Of a stretch of 22,369 nucleotides of DNA, positions 1 to 8,454 are shown piece after piece. Source of the stretch: a virus (Duplodnaviria; Heunggongvirae; Uroviricota; Caudoviricetes). The stretch's first letter is position 1; every line of letters starts with the position of its first letter. The stretch is from the IMG/VR virus record IMGVR_UViG_647533160_000004, positions 1 to 22,369 of that record; one strand, written 5' to 3'. Below the pieces are notes generated by a model. It saw only the letters and a list, made by a program, of their open reading frames with translations, searched no databases and was not told where the DNA came from. Position numbers and translations under genes: made by a program.

Positions 1-1143
1 CTATGCTGTTTTGATATCTACGATAATCCAGTCTTTACCACGATCATCATTGTATCGGTCGGTCATTTTTCTGGATTTATGGCCTAACAACTTTTGCGTA
101 TCCAGACCCTGTTCCCGATATAACCGTTCTGACAGAGATCGCTGCTCATGAAATGTGGGCGCAGTTCCTTGCTCCCATTTTATGCCACATTTTTCCCGGG
201 CCTTTTTAAAAGCCGTTGTCAGAGTATTTGCAGAAACCTGGTCTCCTCTGTTTGCTTGAGAGGTAGTGTGACGGTAATGGACCAGATATTTACTAACAAC
301 AGCATCCCTGCACTGAGATATAACTTCACGAAGGGTAATATTCAGAGCATCGCATTTCAGGTTAAGCGGAATAGCAAGTTTTGAACCGGTTTTTTCCTGA
401 GTAATGTGCAACATGTCGTCCCATATATCAGAGAATTTCAAATTGCAGATTTCGCCTAAACGTTGTCCAGTAACAAGAGCAAGTAGCATGCCGCATTTTA
501 AATAGGGCTGCCGTCTGCTTACGCTTTCAAATATTGCCTGCCATTCGGGCAGTGACAATCTTTGGCGGTTTACTCGATTTCGCGGTTGTTTTGTTGCCTG
601 CGCTGGGTTAAATCCTGGCGGAACATGTCCTGCGTGTTGTGCTTCTTTGAAGACGTCGATCAACACCATTCTCACGACTTGCGCCATCCTGTTATGACCT
701 TCAGCCTTTACAGCATCAATTATTTCGGCAATATCAAGTGCGGTAATATCCTTGAGGTGTTGCATTCCACAATGCTCACGGAAAAGACGAATGGGTTTGC
801 CTTTTTGCCGATAGGAGTTGGGTCTTAGTTCATTATGTTGCAGCCTGTCCTCCTGGATAGAAATATATTTATCAAGCCATTCTGTCACCGTAATGTCTGA
901 GCGCCTGCCTTTCATTCTTTCCAGACGCTCATTGACGCTTAATATTTGTCGGGTACGTTGTTCAGCAATAATGGTATTTGCTTCAGTAGCAACTTGTTTT
1001 GCTTCATTCTCATCAGTTCCTAAGCTATGAAAACGACCGGATAGTGGATGTTTGTATTGCAAATATACCTTTCCGGTTCGCTTATCTAATTTGCAATATA
1101 AATTGGGTAAAGAGATTTTGTGAGATCGGGGTCTAGCAGCCAT
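1..1143 (-). CDS. int: Tyrosine integrase, lambda Int family (380 aa); window begins at its stop codon
   Basis: Full-length ORF. C-terminal region resembles the lambda Int catalytic region (compare ...HELRSLSARLY... and ...LLGHKS...RY.DDRG..W in lambda Int, from memory); N-terminal Arg/Lys-rich arm-binding-like segment. Lies at the prophage end next to xis. Confidence 0.9.
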   Translation of the reverse strand: MAARPRSHKISLPNLYCKLDKRTGKVYLQYKHPLSGRFHSLGTDENEAKQVATEANTIIAEQRTRQILSVNERLERMKGRRSDITVTEWLDKYISIQEDRLQHNELRPNSYRQKGKPIRLFREHCGMQHLKDITALDIAEIIDAVKAEGHNRMAQVVRMVLIDVFKEAQHAGHVPPGFNPAQATKQPRNRVNRQRLSLPEWQAIFESVSRRQPYLKCGMLLALVTGQRLGEICNLKFSDIWDDMLHITQEKTGSKLAIPLNLKCDALNITLREVISQCRDAVVSKYLVHYRHTTSQANRGDQVSANTLTTAFKKAREKCGIKWEQGTAPTFHEQRSLSERLYREQGLDTQKLLGHKSRKMTDRYNDDRGKDWIIVDIKTA

Positions 1144-1369
1144 CAGCGATTATCCGTTGGAGTTTTGGGTTTGCGTTTATTGGGAGTTGCGGTTCTGCAA
1201 GCGTTCCTACAAAACGGGAATTTCGGTCAATCATCCAGTAGCGACCAACTTTTATAGCGGGTGGGGCCATCATTTTCCCTTGCGCGTATTTTTTCAGAAC
1301 TCGCTCACTTGGTGCTAAGTCCCCAAATTCTTCTTTAGCCCAGTCCTGTAAAGTGATTAGTCGAGACAT
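1133..1369 (-). CDS. xis: Excisionase-like protein (78 aa)
   Basis: Small ORF immediately upstream of int, overlapping it by 11 nt, same strand; basic, with some resemblance to lambda Xis. Position and size are typical of xis. Confidence 0.65.
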   Translation of the reverse strand: MSRLITLQDWAKEEFGDLAPSERVLKKYAQGKMMAPPAIKVGRYWMIDRNSRFVGTLAEPQLPINANPKLQRIIADGC

Positions 1370-1508
1370 TTGTCCTCCTCTTAGCTGCTGAGGGAGTTTG
1401 TGACCGATATATCTGACATGATATTAAGCTCATGGCAGGTACATCTCTTGACTGGTCATAGAGATAAATTTAATGCTGAGAAATGCAGTATTGAATTTAT
1501 CAATTTTT

Positions 1509-1748
1509 CTATTTCCTGCGTATGGCACGTAACTTCTTAATGTGTTCTGCCGTTTCGATCTCTTCTGCTATCCGATCTGCATCAGCTTTATTCACAGGTT
1601 CAAAGTCATGATTAAAGCGGAACATGCTGGCGATACATGTTCTGCCTTTTCGGATGTAGTGAACTTTGTTGTGGGTAGAACGCAGGATTTTGCAGGGAGT
1701 GCCGTGGTGGTCGACGTACCAGGTGTTAGGAAAAATGATTCTGAACAT
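1509..1748 (-). CDS. Hypothetical early-left operon protein (79 aa)
   Basis: ORF co-oriented with the int-xis-exo operon; no recognisable motif. The overlapping plus-strand ORF 1542..1775 is judged less likely. Confidence 0.35.
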   Translation of the reverse strand: MFRIIFPNTWYVDHHGTPCKILRSTHNKVHYIRKGRTCIASMFRFNHDFEPVNKADADRIAEEIETAEHIKKLRAIRRK

Positions 1749-1795
1749 TTTTACACCTCAGTTGGACGATGTTGAAATTTGCTGCTTTGAGGCCA

Positions 1796-2014
1796 TCACA
1801 GTCCCCATTGTTTGTTCTTAAGTTCGATCTCCTCCTGGCAACTTGCACAAGTCCGACAACCCTGAACGGCCAGGCGTCTTCGTTCATCTATCGGATCGCC
1901 ACACTCACAACAATGAGTGGCAGATATAGCCTGGTGGTTCAGGCGGCGCATTTTTATTGCTGTGTTGCGCTGTAATTCTTCAATTTCTGATGCTGAATCA
2001 ATGATGTCTGCCAT
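1796..2014 (-). CDS. TraR/DksA-family C4 zinc-finger protein (72 aa)
   Basis: Two Cys pairs, CCECGDPI...(20 aa)...CRTCASC, matching the CxxC-(17-20)-CxxC spacing of TraR/DksA-type zinc fingers common in phage early regions. Confidence 0.6.
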   Translation of the reverse strand: MADIIDSASEIEELQRNTAIKMRRLNHQAISATHCCECGDPIDERRRLAVQGCRTCASCQEEIELKNKQWGL

Positions 2015-2065
2015 CTTTCATTAATCCCTGAATTGTTGGTTAATACGCTTGAGGGTGAATGCGAA

Positions 2066-2091
2066 TAATAAAAAAGGAGCCTGTAGCTCCA
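2066..2091 (-). terminator. Possible intrinsic terminator inside the leftward operon (tL-like)
   Basis: On the minus strand: GGAGC-tacag-GCTCC hairpin followed by TTTTTTATTATT (plus-strand ggagcctgtagctcc preceded by aataataaaaaa). The stem is only 5 bp. Confidence 0.35.
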
Positions 2092-2112
2092 TGATGATTT
2101 TGTTTTTCATGT

Positions 2113-2328
2113 TCACCGTTCCTTAAAGACGCCGTTTAACATGCCGATCGCCAGGCTTAAATGAGTCGGTGTGAATCCCATCAGCGTTACCGTTTCGCGG
2201 TGCTTCTTCAGTACGCTACGGCAAATGTCATCGACGTTTTTATCCGGAAACTGCTGTCTGGCTTTTTTGATTTCATAATTAGCCTGACGGGCAATACTGC
2301 GAAGGGCGTTTTCTTGCTGAGGTGTCAT
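2113..2328 (-). CDS. Lambda orf61-like small protein (72 aa from the MTPQQ start; track ORF extends to 2394)
   Basis: Protein MTPQQENALRSIARQANYEIKK... co-oriented in the xis-exo interval where lambda carries orf61/orf63/orf60a. Start choice between ATG at 2328 and the upstream start at 2394 is unresolved. Confidence 0.5.
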   Translation of the reverse strand: MTPQQENALRSIARQANYEIKKARQQFPDKNVDDICRSVLKKHRETVTLMGFTPTHLSLAIGMLNGVFKER

Positions 2329-2404
2329 TGAACAAGTCCCATGTCGGCAAGCATAAGCACACAGAATATGAAGCCCGCTGCCAGAAAAATGCATTCAGTG
2401 GTTG

Positions 2405-2596
2405 TCATACCTGGTCTCTCTCATCTGCTTCTGCTTTCGCCACCATCATTTCCAGCTTTTGTGAAAGGGATGTGGCTAACGTATGAAATTCTTCGTCTGT
2501 TTCTACTGGTATTGGCACAAACCTGACTCCAATTTGAGCGAGGCTATGTGCCATCTCGATACTCGTTCTTAACTCAACGGGAGATGCTTTGTGCAT
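2405..2596 (-). CDS. Lambda orf63-like protein (63 aa)
   Basis: Sequence [23 protein letters not shown]... agrees in length and, as I recall it, in sequence with lambda Orf63; sits just upstream of exo. Confidence 0.6.
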   Translation of the reverse strand: MHKASPVELRTSIEMAHSLAQIGVRFVPIPVETDEEFHTLATSLSQKLEMMVAKAEADERDQV

Positions 2597-2757
2597 ACAG
2601 CCCCTCGTTTATTATTTATCTCCTCAGCCAGCCGCTGGGCTTTCAGTGGATTTTGGATAACAGAAAGGCCGGGAAATACCCAGCCTCGCTTTGTAACGGA
2701 GTAGACGAAAGTGATCGCGCCTACCCGGATATTATCGTGAGGATGCGTCATCGCCAT
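2569..2757 (-). CDS. Lambda orf60a-like protein (62 aa)
   Basis: Sequence [26 protein letters not shown]... immediately downstream of exo on the same strand, matching the lambda orf60a position. Confidence 0.55.
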   Translation of the reverse strand: MAMTHPHDNIRVGAITFVYSVTKRGWVFPGLSVIQNPLKAQRLAEEINNKRGAVCTKHLPLS

Positions 2758-3428
2758 TGCTCCCCAAATACAAAACCAATTTCAGCCAGTGCCTCGTCCA
2801 TTTTTTCGATGAACTCCGGCACCATCTCGTCAAAACTCGCCATGTACTTTTCATCCCGCTCAACCACGACATAATGCAGTCCTTCACGCTTCATACGCGG
2901 GTCATAGTTGGCAAAGTACCAGGCATCTTTTCGCGTCACCCACATGCTGTACTGCACCTGGGCCATGTAAGCCGACTTTATGGCCTCGAAACCACCGAGC
3001 CGGAACTTCATGAAATCCCGGGAGGTAAACGGGCATTTCAGCTCAAGGCCATTGCCGTCACTGCATAAACCATCGGGAGAGCAGGCGGTGCGCATACTTT
3101 CGTCGCGATAGATGATCGGGGATTCAGTAACATTCACGCCGGAAGTGAATTCAAACAGGGTTCTGGCGTCGTTCTCGTACTGTTTTCCCCAGGCCAGCGC
3201 CTTAGCATTAACTTCCGGAGCCACACCGGTGCAAACCTCAGCCAGCAGGGTGTGGAAGTAGGACATTTTCATGTCAGGCCACTTCTTTCCTGAGCGGGGC
3301 TTTGCTATCACGTTGTGAACTTCTGAAGCGGTGATGACGCCGAGCCGTAATTTGTGCCATGCATCATCCCCCTGTTCGACAGCTCTCACGTCGATCCCGG
3401 TACGCTGCAGGATAATGTCCGGTGTCAT
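2748..3428 (-). CDS. exo: Lambda-type 5'-3' exonuclease (Red alpha), 226 aa
   Basis: Translation [40 protein letters not shown]... matches lambda Exo as I remember it in length and sequence; overlaps bet by 4 nt. Confidence 0.95.
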   Translation of the reverse strand: MTPDIILQRTGIDVRAVEQGDDAWHKLRLGVITASEVHNVIAKPRSGKKWPDMKMSYFHTLLAEVCTGVAPEVNAKALAWGKQYENDARTLFEFTSGVNVTESPIIYRDESMRTACSPDGLCSDGNGLELKCPFTSRDFMKFRLGGFEAIKSAYMAQVQYSMWVTRKDAWYFANYDPRMKREGLHYVVVERDEKYMASFDEMVPEFIEKMDEALAEIGFVFGEQWR

Positions 3429-4210
3429 GCTGCCACCTTCTGCTCAGTGGCTTTCTGTTTCAGGAATCCAAGAGCTTTCACTGCTTCGGCTTGTGTCAGT
3501 TCTGACGATGCGCGAATGTCGCGGCGAAATATCTGGGAACAGAGCGGCAATAAGTCGTCATCCCATGTTTTATCCAGGGCGATCAGCAGAGTGTTAATCT
3601 CCTGCATGGTTTCATCGTTAACCGGAGTGATGTCGCGTTCTGGCTGACGTTCTGCAGTGTATGCAGTATTTTCGACAATGCGCTCGGCTTCATCCTTGTC
3701 ATAGATACCAGCAAATCCGAAGGCCAGACGGGCACACTGAATCATGGCTTTATGCCGTAACATCCGTTTGGGATGCGACTGCCACGGCCCCGTAATTTCT
3801 CTGCCTTCGCGGGTTTTGAATGGTTCGCGGCGGCATTCATCCATCCACTCGGTAACGCAGATCGGATGATTACGGTCCTTGCGGTAAATCCGGCATGTAC
3901 AGGATTCATTGTCCTGCTCAAAGTCCATGCCATCAAACTGCTGGTTTTCATTGATGATGCGGGACCAGCCATCAACGCCCACCACCGGAACGATGCCATT
4001 CTGCTTATCAGGAAAGGCGTAAATTTCTTTCGTCCACGGATTAAGGCCGTACTGGTTGGCAACGATCAACAATGCGATGAACTGCGCATCGCTGGCATCA
4101 CCTTTAAATGCCGTCTGGCGAAGAGTGGTGATCAGTTCCTGTGGGTCGACAGAATCCATGCCGACACGTTCAGCCAGCTTCCCTGCCAGCGTTGCGAGTG
4201 CTGTACTCAT
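3425..4210 (-). CDS. bet: Lambda-type single-strand annealing protein (Red beta), 261 aa
   Basis: Translation [66 protein letters not shown]... matches lambda Bet in length and sequence; gam-bet-exo order is conserved. Confidence 0.95.
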   Translation of the reverse strand: MSTALATLAGKLAERVGMDSVDPQELITTLRQTAFKGDASDAQFIALLIVANQYGLNPWTKEIYAFPDKQNGIVPVVGVDGWSRIINENQQFDGMDFEQDNESCTCRIYRKDRNHPICVTEWMDECRREPFKTREGREITGPWQSHPKRMLRHKAMIQCARLAFGFAGIYDKDEAERIVENTAYTAERQPERDITPVNDETMQEINTLLIALDKTWDDDLLPLCSQIFRRDIRASSELTQAEAVKALGFLKQKATEQKVAA

Positions 4211-4215
4211 CCGTT

Positions 4216-4512
4216 TTATACCTCTGAATCAATATCAACCTGGTGGTGAGCAATTGTTTCAACCATGTACCGGATGTGTTCTGCCATGCGCTCCTGAAAC
4301 TCAACATCGTCATCAAACGCACGGGTAATGGCTTTTTTGCTGGCCCCGTGGCGTTGCAAATGATCGATGCAGAGTGATTCAAACAGGTGCTGAGGAAGAC
4401 CTTTTTCCATGTCGTCTGCCAGTTCTGCCTCTTTCTCTTCACGGGCGATCTGCTGGTAGTGACGCGCCCAGCTCTGAGCCTCAAGACGATCCTGAATGTA
4501 ATAAGCGTTCAT
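4216..4512 (-). CDS. gam: Gam, RecBCD inhibitor (98-aa form)
   Basis: Translation [60 protein letters not shown]... matches the short form of lambda Gam; directly upstream of bet. Confidence 0.9.
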   Translation of the reverse strand: MNAYYIQDRLEAQSWARHYQQIAREEKEAELADDMEKGLPQHLFESLCIDHLQRHGASKKAITRAFDDDVEFQERMAEHIRYMVETIAHHQVDIDSEV

Positions 4513-4588
4513 GGCTGAACTCCTGATAATGGCTGTGAAAATAGCGCCCGCGAAATGCCAGGCTGATTAGGAAAACAGGAAAGGGGGG

Positions 4589-4795
4589 TTAGTGATTCAG
4601 GCCGTTACCGCGTCCGTCGAGAAAAACTTCTACGAGCAAATCACGGGTATAAGTGCGCTCGATGCCGCGATGCAGATAAAGCCGTCCGCGTAAATTAGCT
4701 GATGCAGTCCAGGTACCATCTTTGTGTTTGACCAGCATTCCTGGCATGACCGCGCCGCGATTAACGGTCTGCGTTCCGTAATGTTGATGAACCAT
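4589..4795 (-). CDS. Hypothetical protein in the kil position (68 aa from internal ATG; track ORF extends to 4879)
   Basis: ATG at 4795 is preceded on the minus strand by AGGAG with a 5-nt spacer; it is the first gene of the leftward operon, directly upstream of gam. The Kil assignment is positional only. Confidence 0.35.
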   Translation of the reverse strand: MVHQHYGTQTVNRGAVMPGMLVKHKDGTWTASANLRGRLYLHRGIERTYTRDLLVEVFLDGRGNGLNH

Positions 4796-5069
4796 AAAAA
4801 CTCCTGCCCGTAAGCTGGGCTGCTGAACATATAGAGACTTCTGCGCGTATTCAGGCGGTGGATGGCCGCCGGTTGCCATAACTAAGCCGCCTCGTTGAAG
4901 CGACTAAGGTATGAAATGTTGAGTTGATTTCAGCTGGTCACACCGACGTTCACGCGTCCGTTTCACCCCTCGCACTCCCCGAAGCCTGCTGAAATTCAAA
5001 CTGCGGATCTAAGCGGTCATCGCAACGGTGAATCAGGTAGTTGCCGTATCGTTGTGTTGTTGCGACATG

Positions 5070-5190
5070 GTGATAATAGCTATTGCTATTGGCTGCATCA
5101 ATACTTGTTGCTATTGATTGATGTGTTTTGATATTAACTGTTTGATAGCAAAAAGAATTAATTTTGTGACTTGCATCGCATAGCGATAAC
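5070..5190. promoter_or_regulatory. Left operator/promoter region (oL/pL-like) with repeated TTGCTAT half-sites
   Basis: Perfect 10-bp palindrome AATAGCTATT (5075..5084), TTGCTATTG copies at 5083..5091 and 5108..5116, inverted ATAGCAA at 5145..5151, and ATCGC-ata-GCGAT inverted repeat at 5175..5187. The same TTGCTATT motif recurs in the cI-cro intergenic region. Confidence 0.45.
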
Positions 5191-5240
5191 TGAAGGGAGG
5201 ATGTGGTGGTTTTTCGAACGGTTTGTGTGATGAGGGGACA

Positions 5241-5266
5241 AAAGAAAACCCGGCACGGTGGCCGGG
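5241..5266 (-). terminator. Rho-independent terminator ending the cI-cargo transcription unit
   Basis: Minus strand CCCGGC-caccgt-GCCGGG hairpin followed by TTTTCTTTTG, starting 5 nt after the stop codon (5271..5273) of the ASCH gene. Confidence 0.6.
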
Positions 5267-5270
5267 ATTC

Positions 5271-5648
5271 TTACGCAGGTAGGTAAAGATATGATTGTGG
5301 TGGCTTAATATTACTACCTAGAGCAGAGATAGGAATTGGTTCTTTATATCTTTCCACTTCACCAATTTTTATTGCGTAGGCCTTTTCTCTACCTGAATAA
5401 TATGAGTCATAAAATTGCTTAGAAATACCTGCGTGTTTTTCCGTCTTTTTCCAAAGAGATTCCGGTTCGTCACTTAGTATTGATTCAATACGGAATTGAC
5501 CAACAACTTTACCTAATGGCATCGTGGCATAAATAACAACGGTGCTAATTTGCGGATTTTTGAATATACCTTTACGAAACTCGAACCGCTTTGTTCCGTT
5601 CAATATTTTTTCTGCAAACTCAGGCTTAATGGATAATAAAACTTTCAT
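5271..5648 (-). CDS. ASCH-domain protein (PUA-like fold), 125 aa
   Basis: N-terminal MKVLLSIKPEFAEKILNGTKRFEFRKG carries the ASCH signature G-x-K-x-x-E-x-R. AT-rich; overlaps the upstream gene by 23 nt, suggesting translational coupling. Confidence 0.7.
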   Translation of the reverse strand: MKVLLSIKPEFAEKILNGTKRFEFRKGIFKNPQISTVVIYATMPLGKVVGQFRIESILSDEPESLWKKTEKHAGISKQFYDSYYSGREKAYAIKIGEVERYKEPIPISALGSNIKPPQSYLYLPA

Positions 5649-6699
5649 TTATCTTGCCTAACTCGATGATCTTTAAGAACTGCTCATTTGTGAGTTTAAA
5701 GTGACTCCATCGGAATGCACGCGAACCATTTAGCCCCACATGATCTATTAAAATAGCACGATTGGGTCTCTTTGGCAAAGACAGATTGTATGTGAATCTT
5801 ATAATGAAAGGGTATCGACGTTCTTTATAGATTTTTCTGAGTTCATCTTCAGAAAATACGCTAAAACGAATACAATAGTCTACAAAACTATCTTCGCTTA
5901 AAAATTCAGAAATATTTTTTACGCTCTCAACTACACATAATGTACTGGCTACAGAACGATAGCGAGCTGGCCCTTTTTTGTCTCCGGTTCTATAGATGAC
6001 AATGATATCTCCTCTTTTCATTCCCATCACAGAACGCATTCCACATATGTAAATTTTATGAATGCTGTTAGCATGGGATATATCTTTGACAATATCTGGT
6101 GATTCATTTACAAGTTTTGAATCAGGGAATAGTCTAGTGTGATATTCGGGATAAATCGCCAGTAAATATTTGTTGGCCCTTGATGTCATTATTCGAGGGT
6201 AATCTAATAAAATATCACCATAAGGCTCATGCAAAGACCTCGCATATACAAACTCTTTCCCGTTATGTGTTTCTTTTTCACCATGAATGTAAAATCCGTA
6301 CGTTTGGAAAAGTTTTATTAGATGGACGTGTTTGTCGAAAACAGTAACATAAATATCATCAGATTTTGATGAAAATGCATGGTCAAACGCTTTTTTTAGA
6401 AATCGTTGTCCGCGAAGGGTGCCTTTAGATTCAAATTTGAATGTTCCTATCTTTAGATGACGTCCTGGTGGGAGCGCTGGATTAATGTCATTTGCATCAT
6501 CATTTTCTTTTAGATACATAAAACCTTCGATTTTATGCTTGTCATCATAGAGCACATAAGCTGATTCTCCTTCTCTGGCTTTTTTTTCTAACCAAAGAGG
6601 AAACTCTTTATAATCTTTTTTTAAAGAGTCAAAAAATGGGTCATTGTGATCAAAATCAGAGAATTTCTCATATTTTAAAGTATCCATTAAGTTCTCCAT
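5626..6699 (-). CDS. Two-domain cargo protein: N-terminal GNAT-like acetyltransferase region plus C-terminal possible PUA-like region (357 aa; alternative start at 6687)
   Basis: AT-rich ORF directly downstream of cI on the same strand. Residues ~40-160 (...AYVLYDD...KIGTFKFESKGTLRGQRFLKKAFDHAFS...IYVTVFDKHVHLIKLFQTYGFY...) resemble a GNAT fold; domain calls are by eye and unverified. The second ATG has a GGAG Shine-Dalgarno 6 nt upstream. Confidence 0.55.
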   Translation of the reverse strand: MENLMDTLKYEKFSDFDHNDPFFDSLKKDYKEFPLWLEKKAREGESAYVLYDDKHKIEGFMYLKENDDANDINPALPPGRHLKIGTFKFESKGTLRGQRFLKKAFDHAFSSKSDDIYVTVFDKHVHLIKLFQTYGFYIHGEKETHNGKEFVYARSLHEPYGDILLDYPRIMTSRANKYLLAIYPEYHTRLFPDSKLVNESPDIVKDISHANSIHKIYICGMRSVMGMKRGDIIVIYRTGDKKGPARYRSVASTLCVVESVKNISEFLSEDSFVDYCIRFSVFSEDELRKIYKERRYPFIIRFTYNLSLPKRPNRAILIDHVGLNGSRAFRWSHFKLTNEQFLKIIELGKINESFIIH

Positions 6700-6767
6700 T
6701 CTAAAATGAATAATTAAGTTGTTTTACTGAATGAGCACAATGCCCGGTTGATAATTTTTAATTGGTA

Positions 6768-7460
6768 CTATCCATGCTTCCTATACGTCTGCGGCATGCT
6801 CCCAATAACTTTCCCGAAGATAAATACCCGGTTCATCTCATCTTTCTCGATCGGGTCCCACGGTGAGTAGCTTTTGTTATCAGAGATAACCAGCAGCTTA
6901 TCCTTCATCATTTGCAGGCGCTTTACATGGGCTGTGTCGTCGTACAGAAACGCATAGATACCATCACCGTCGAAAGATTTAACCGTGATATCAACGAATA
7001 GAAGATCACCAGGTTCAATCGTTCCTGACATGCTGTCACCGCGTACGTTAATGATGCGGATATTTTCTGCCTTCCTACCATCGAACATGTGACGAGCATC
7101 GTCAAACGAGTACTCAACCGAGCGTAGAACTTCTACAAACTCACGGTTGATGACTCCCGGCCCGGCACTCACTTCTATATCAAGAACGTCAATCTTGAAG
7201 TATTTGGGATGGTTGGCAGTAGGCTTCCCTAATTGTTGACCGTCATTTCTCATCGGGCCTATGCCTGATGAGAGCCACTCTGTTCGAACACCCAATGCAT
7301 TAGCTATTTCAACAATTTTTGTTGAGCCGCGCGCGTTGCCGCTTGTCAGTCTCCAGATTGTGGGTTGAGCTACGCCAGACGCCTTTGCAAGAGCGCCTTG
7401 AGACATTCCAGATTGTTCCATCGCTAGGTTTAAGCGATCAGCAAGAGTTTCTTTTTTCAT
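6768..7460 (-). CDS. cI: CI-like prophage repressor, N-terminal HTH plus C-terminal S24 (LexA-like) autopeptidase domain (231 aa from first ATG; track ORF to 7496 starts at TTG)
   Basis: HTH region ...MSQGALAKASGVAQPTIWRLTSG... and C-terminal ...VRGDSMSGTIEPGDLLFVD...HVKRL... (Ser nucleophile in GDSM, downstream Lys) typical of cleavable lambdoid repressors. Divergent from cro; the TTG extension would overlap the operator palindrome, so the ATG at 7460 is preferred (possibly leaderless). Confidence 0.85.
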   Translation of the reverse strand: MKKETLADRLNLAMEQSGMSQGALAKASGVAQPTIWRLTSGNARGSTKIVEIANALGVRTEWLSSGIGPMRNDGQQLGKPTANHPKYFKIDVLDIEVSAGPGVINREFVEVLRSVEYSFDDARHMFDGRKAENIRIINVRGDSMSGTIEPGDLLFVDITVKSFDGDGIYAFLYDDTAHVKRLQMMKDKLLVISDNKSYSPWDPIEKDEMNRVFIFGKVIGSMPQTYRKHG

Positions 7461-7570
7461 AAGTTTTAATTTATACGCTTGCGTATTGATGGTCAAAACA
7501 CGTTTTGCTATTGTTATGGTTAATACGCATTGCTATTATTTATTCATTGTAATACCAATAGGAATTAATA
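7461..7570. promoter_or_regulatory. Right operator/promoter region (oR, pR/pRM-like) between cI and cro
   Basis: Perfect inverted repeat ATACGC-tt-GCGTAT (7473..7486), related TAATACGCATTGCTATTA (7521..7538), and TTGCTATTG (7504..7515) in the 110-bp divergent intergenic region. Confidence 0.5.
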
Positions 7571-7798
7571 ATGACAAATCAAACCATTCAACTCGCAATC
7601 AGTATTACAGGTAGTCAAAAACGACTGGCAGATCTATGCGGTGTAGCCCAGCCCACTGTTTGGCGTTGGCTACACGGTGGCGGAATTGATGCCCGCTATG
7701 TAATGAAAATTGTCTCAGCCACTGGTGGAAAGATTAAACCAGCAGATATTCGTCCCGACCTCGCACCATTGTTTAACGCGAGTAATTCTGCCGCCTAA
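7571..7798 (+). CDS. cro: Cro-like HTH regulator (75 aa)
   Basis: Small ORF divergent from cI; HTH-like segment ...QKRLADLCGVAQPTVWRWLHGG...; AGGA about 8 nt upstream of the ATG. Confidence 0.75.
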   Translation: MTNQTIQLAISITGSQKRLADLCGVAQPTVWRWLHGGGIDARYVMKIVSATGGKIKPADIRPDLAPLFNASNSAA

Positions 7799-7822
7799 TC
7801 TGCGGCGTTAACTGATAAGGCA

Positions 7823-8368
7823 ATGACTATGCAACCACTTACATACCAACAGACTAGCGGATTTAGCCCGACTGCGGTGATAAATCGTTCTCAAACAAAA
7901 CAGGCGCCAGGCCACGAAAAAATCCGTGATGCCGTTCGCGCCTGGTCGGCTGCAGATAATCAGGATGTTGTTGCCGCACTCATTGTGAATGAGTATCGGG
8001 AGCAGGGCGGCGGCACCATCGATTTCCCTGATGATGTCAGCCGTGCACGCCAGAAGCTGTTCCGCTTCCTCGATAACAAATTCGATTCTGAAAAATACCG
8101 AAATAACGTGCGTGAACTGACCCCGGCAATTCTGGCGGTACTACCGCTGGAATATCGCGGCCACCTGGTTGAGCAGGATAGCTTCATGGCTCGGCTGGCT
8201 GAAATGGAAAAGGAACTCAGTGAGGCAAAACAGGCTGTCATTCTCAACGCACCACGCCACCAGAAACTGAAGGAGATGAGTGAAGGCATTGTGTCGATGT
8301 TTCGTGTGGACCCGGATCTGGCTGGTCCACTGATGGCGATGGTCACCACCATGCTGGGGGCAATATGA
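7823..8368 (+). CDS. Hypothetical early-right protein in the cII position (181 aa)
   Basis: ORF between cro and O on the same strand; no recognised catalytic motif. Functional role inferred from position only. Confidence 0.5.
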   Translation: MTMQPLTYQQTSGFSPTAVINRSQTKQAPGHEKIRDAVRAWSAADNQDVVAALIVNEYREQGGGTIDFPDDVSRARQKLFRFLDNKFDSEKYRNNVRELTPAILAVLPLEYRGHLVEQDSFMARLAEMEKELSEAKQAVILNAPRHQKLKEMSEGIVSMFRVDPDLAGPLMAMVTTMLGAI

Positions 8369-8454
8369 CAGGTTCGGAAATGGCGAAAGCCGGTCTGCGC
8401 GAACAGAACCGACTTTCAGGTGCAAATCGTAACACACTCATTGCGGGAGGAATT

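Noticed and set aside
148-1030. Plus-strand ORFs 148..384, 562..828 and 818..1030
   Set aside because: They lie entirely inside the minus-strand integrase gene, which has strong family-level similarity; antisense ORFs with no ribosome-binding site or similarity.
1542-1975. Plus-strand ORFs 1542..1775 and 1769..1975
   Set aside because: They overlap minus-strand genes (the 79-aa ORF and the TraR-like zinc-finger gene) that fit the leftward operon orientation. The zinc-finger motif supports the minus-strand reading.
3773-4249. Plus-strand 158-aa ORF
   Set aside because: Antisense to bet, whose translation matches lambda Bet over its full length.
4170-4484. Minus-strand 104-aa ORF overlapping gam in another frame, and a long (138-aa) Gam form
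   Set aside because: The gam frame matches lambda Gam; the track ORF in that frame is only 98 aa, so an in-frame stop upstream excludes a long Gam form here.
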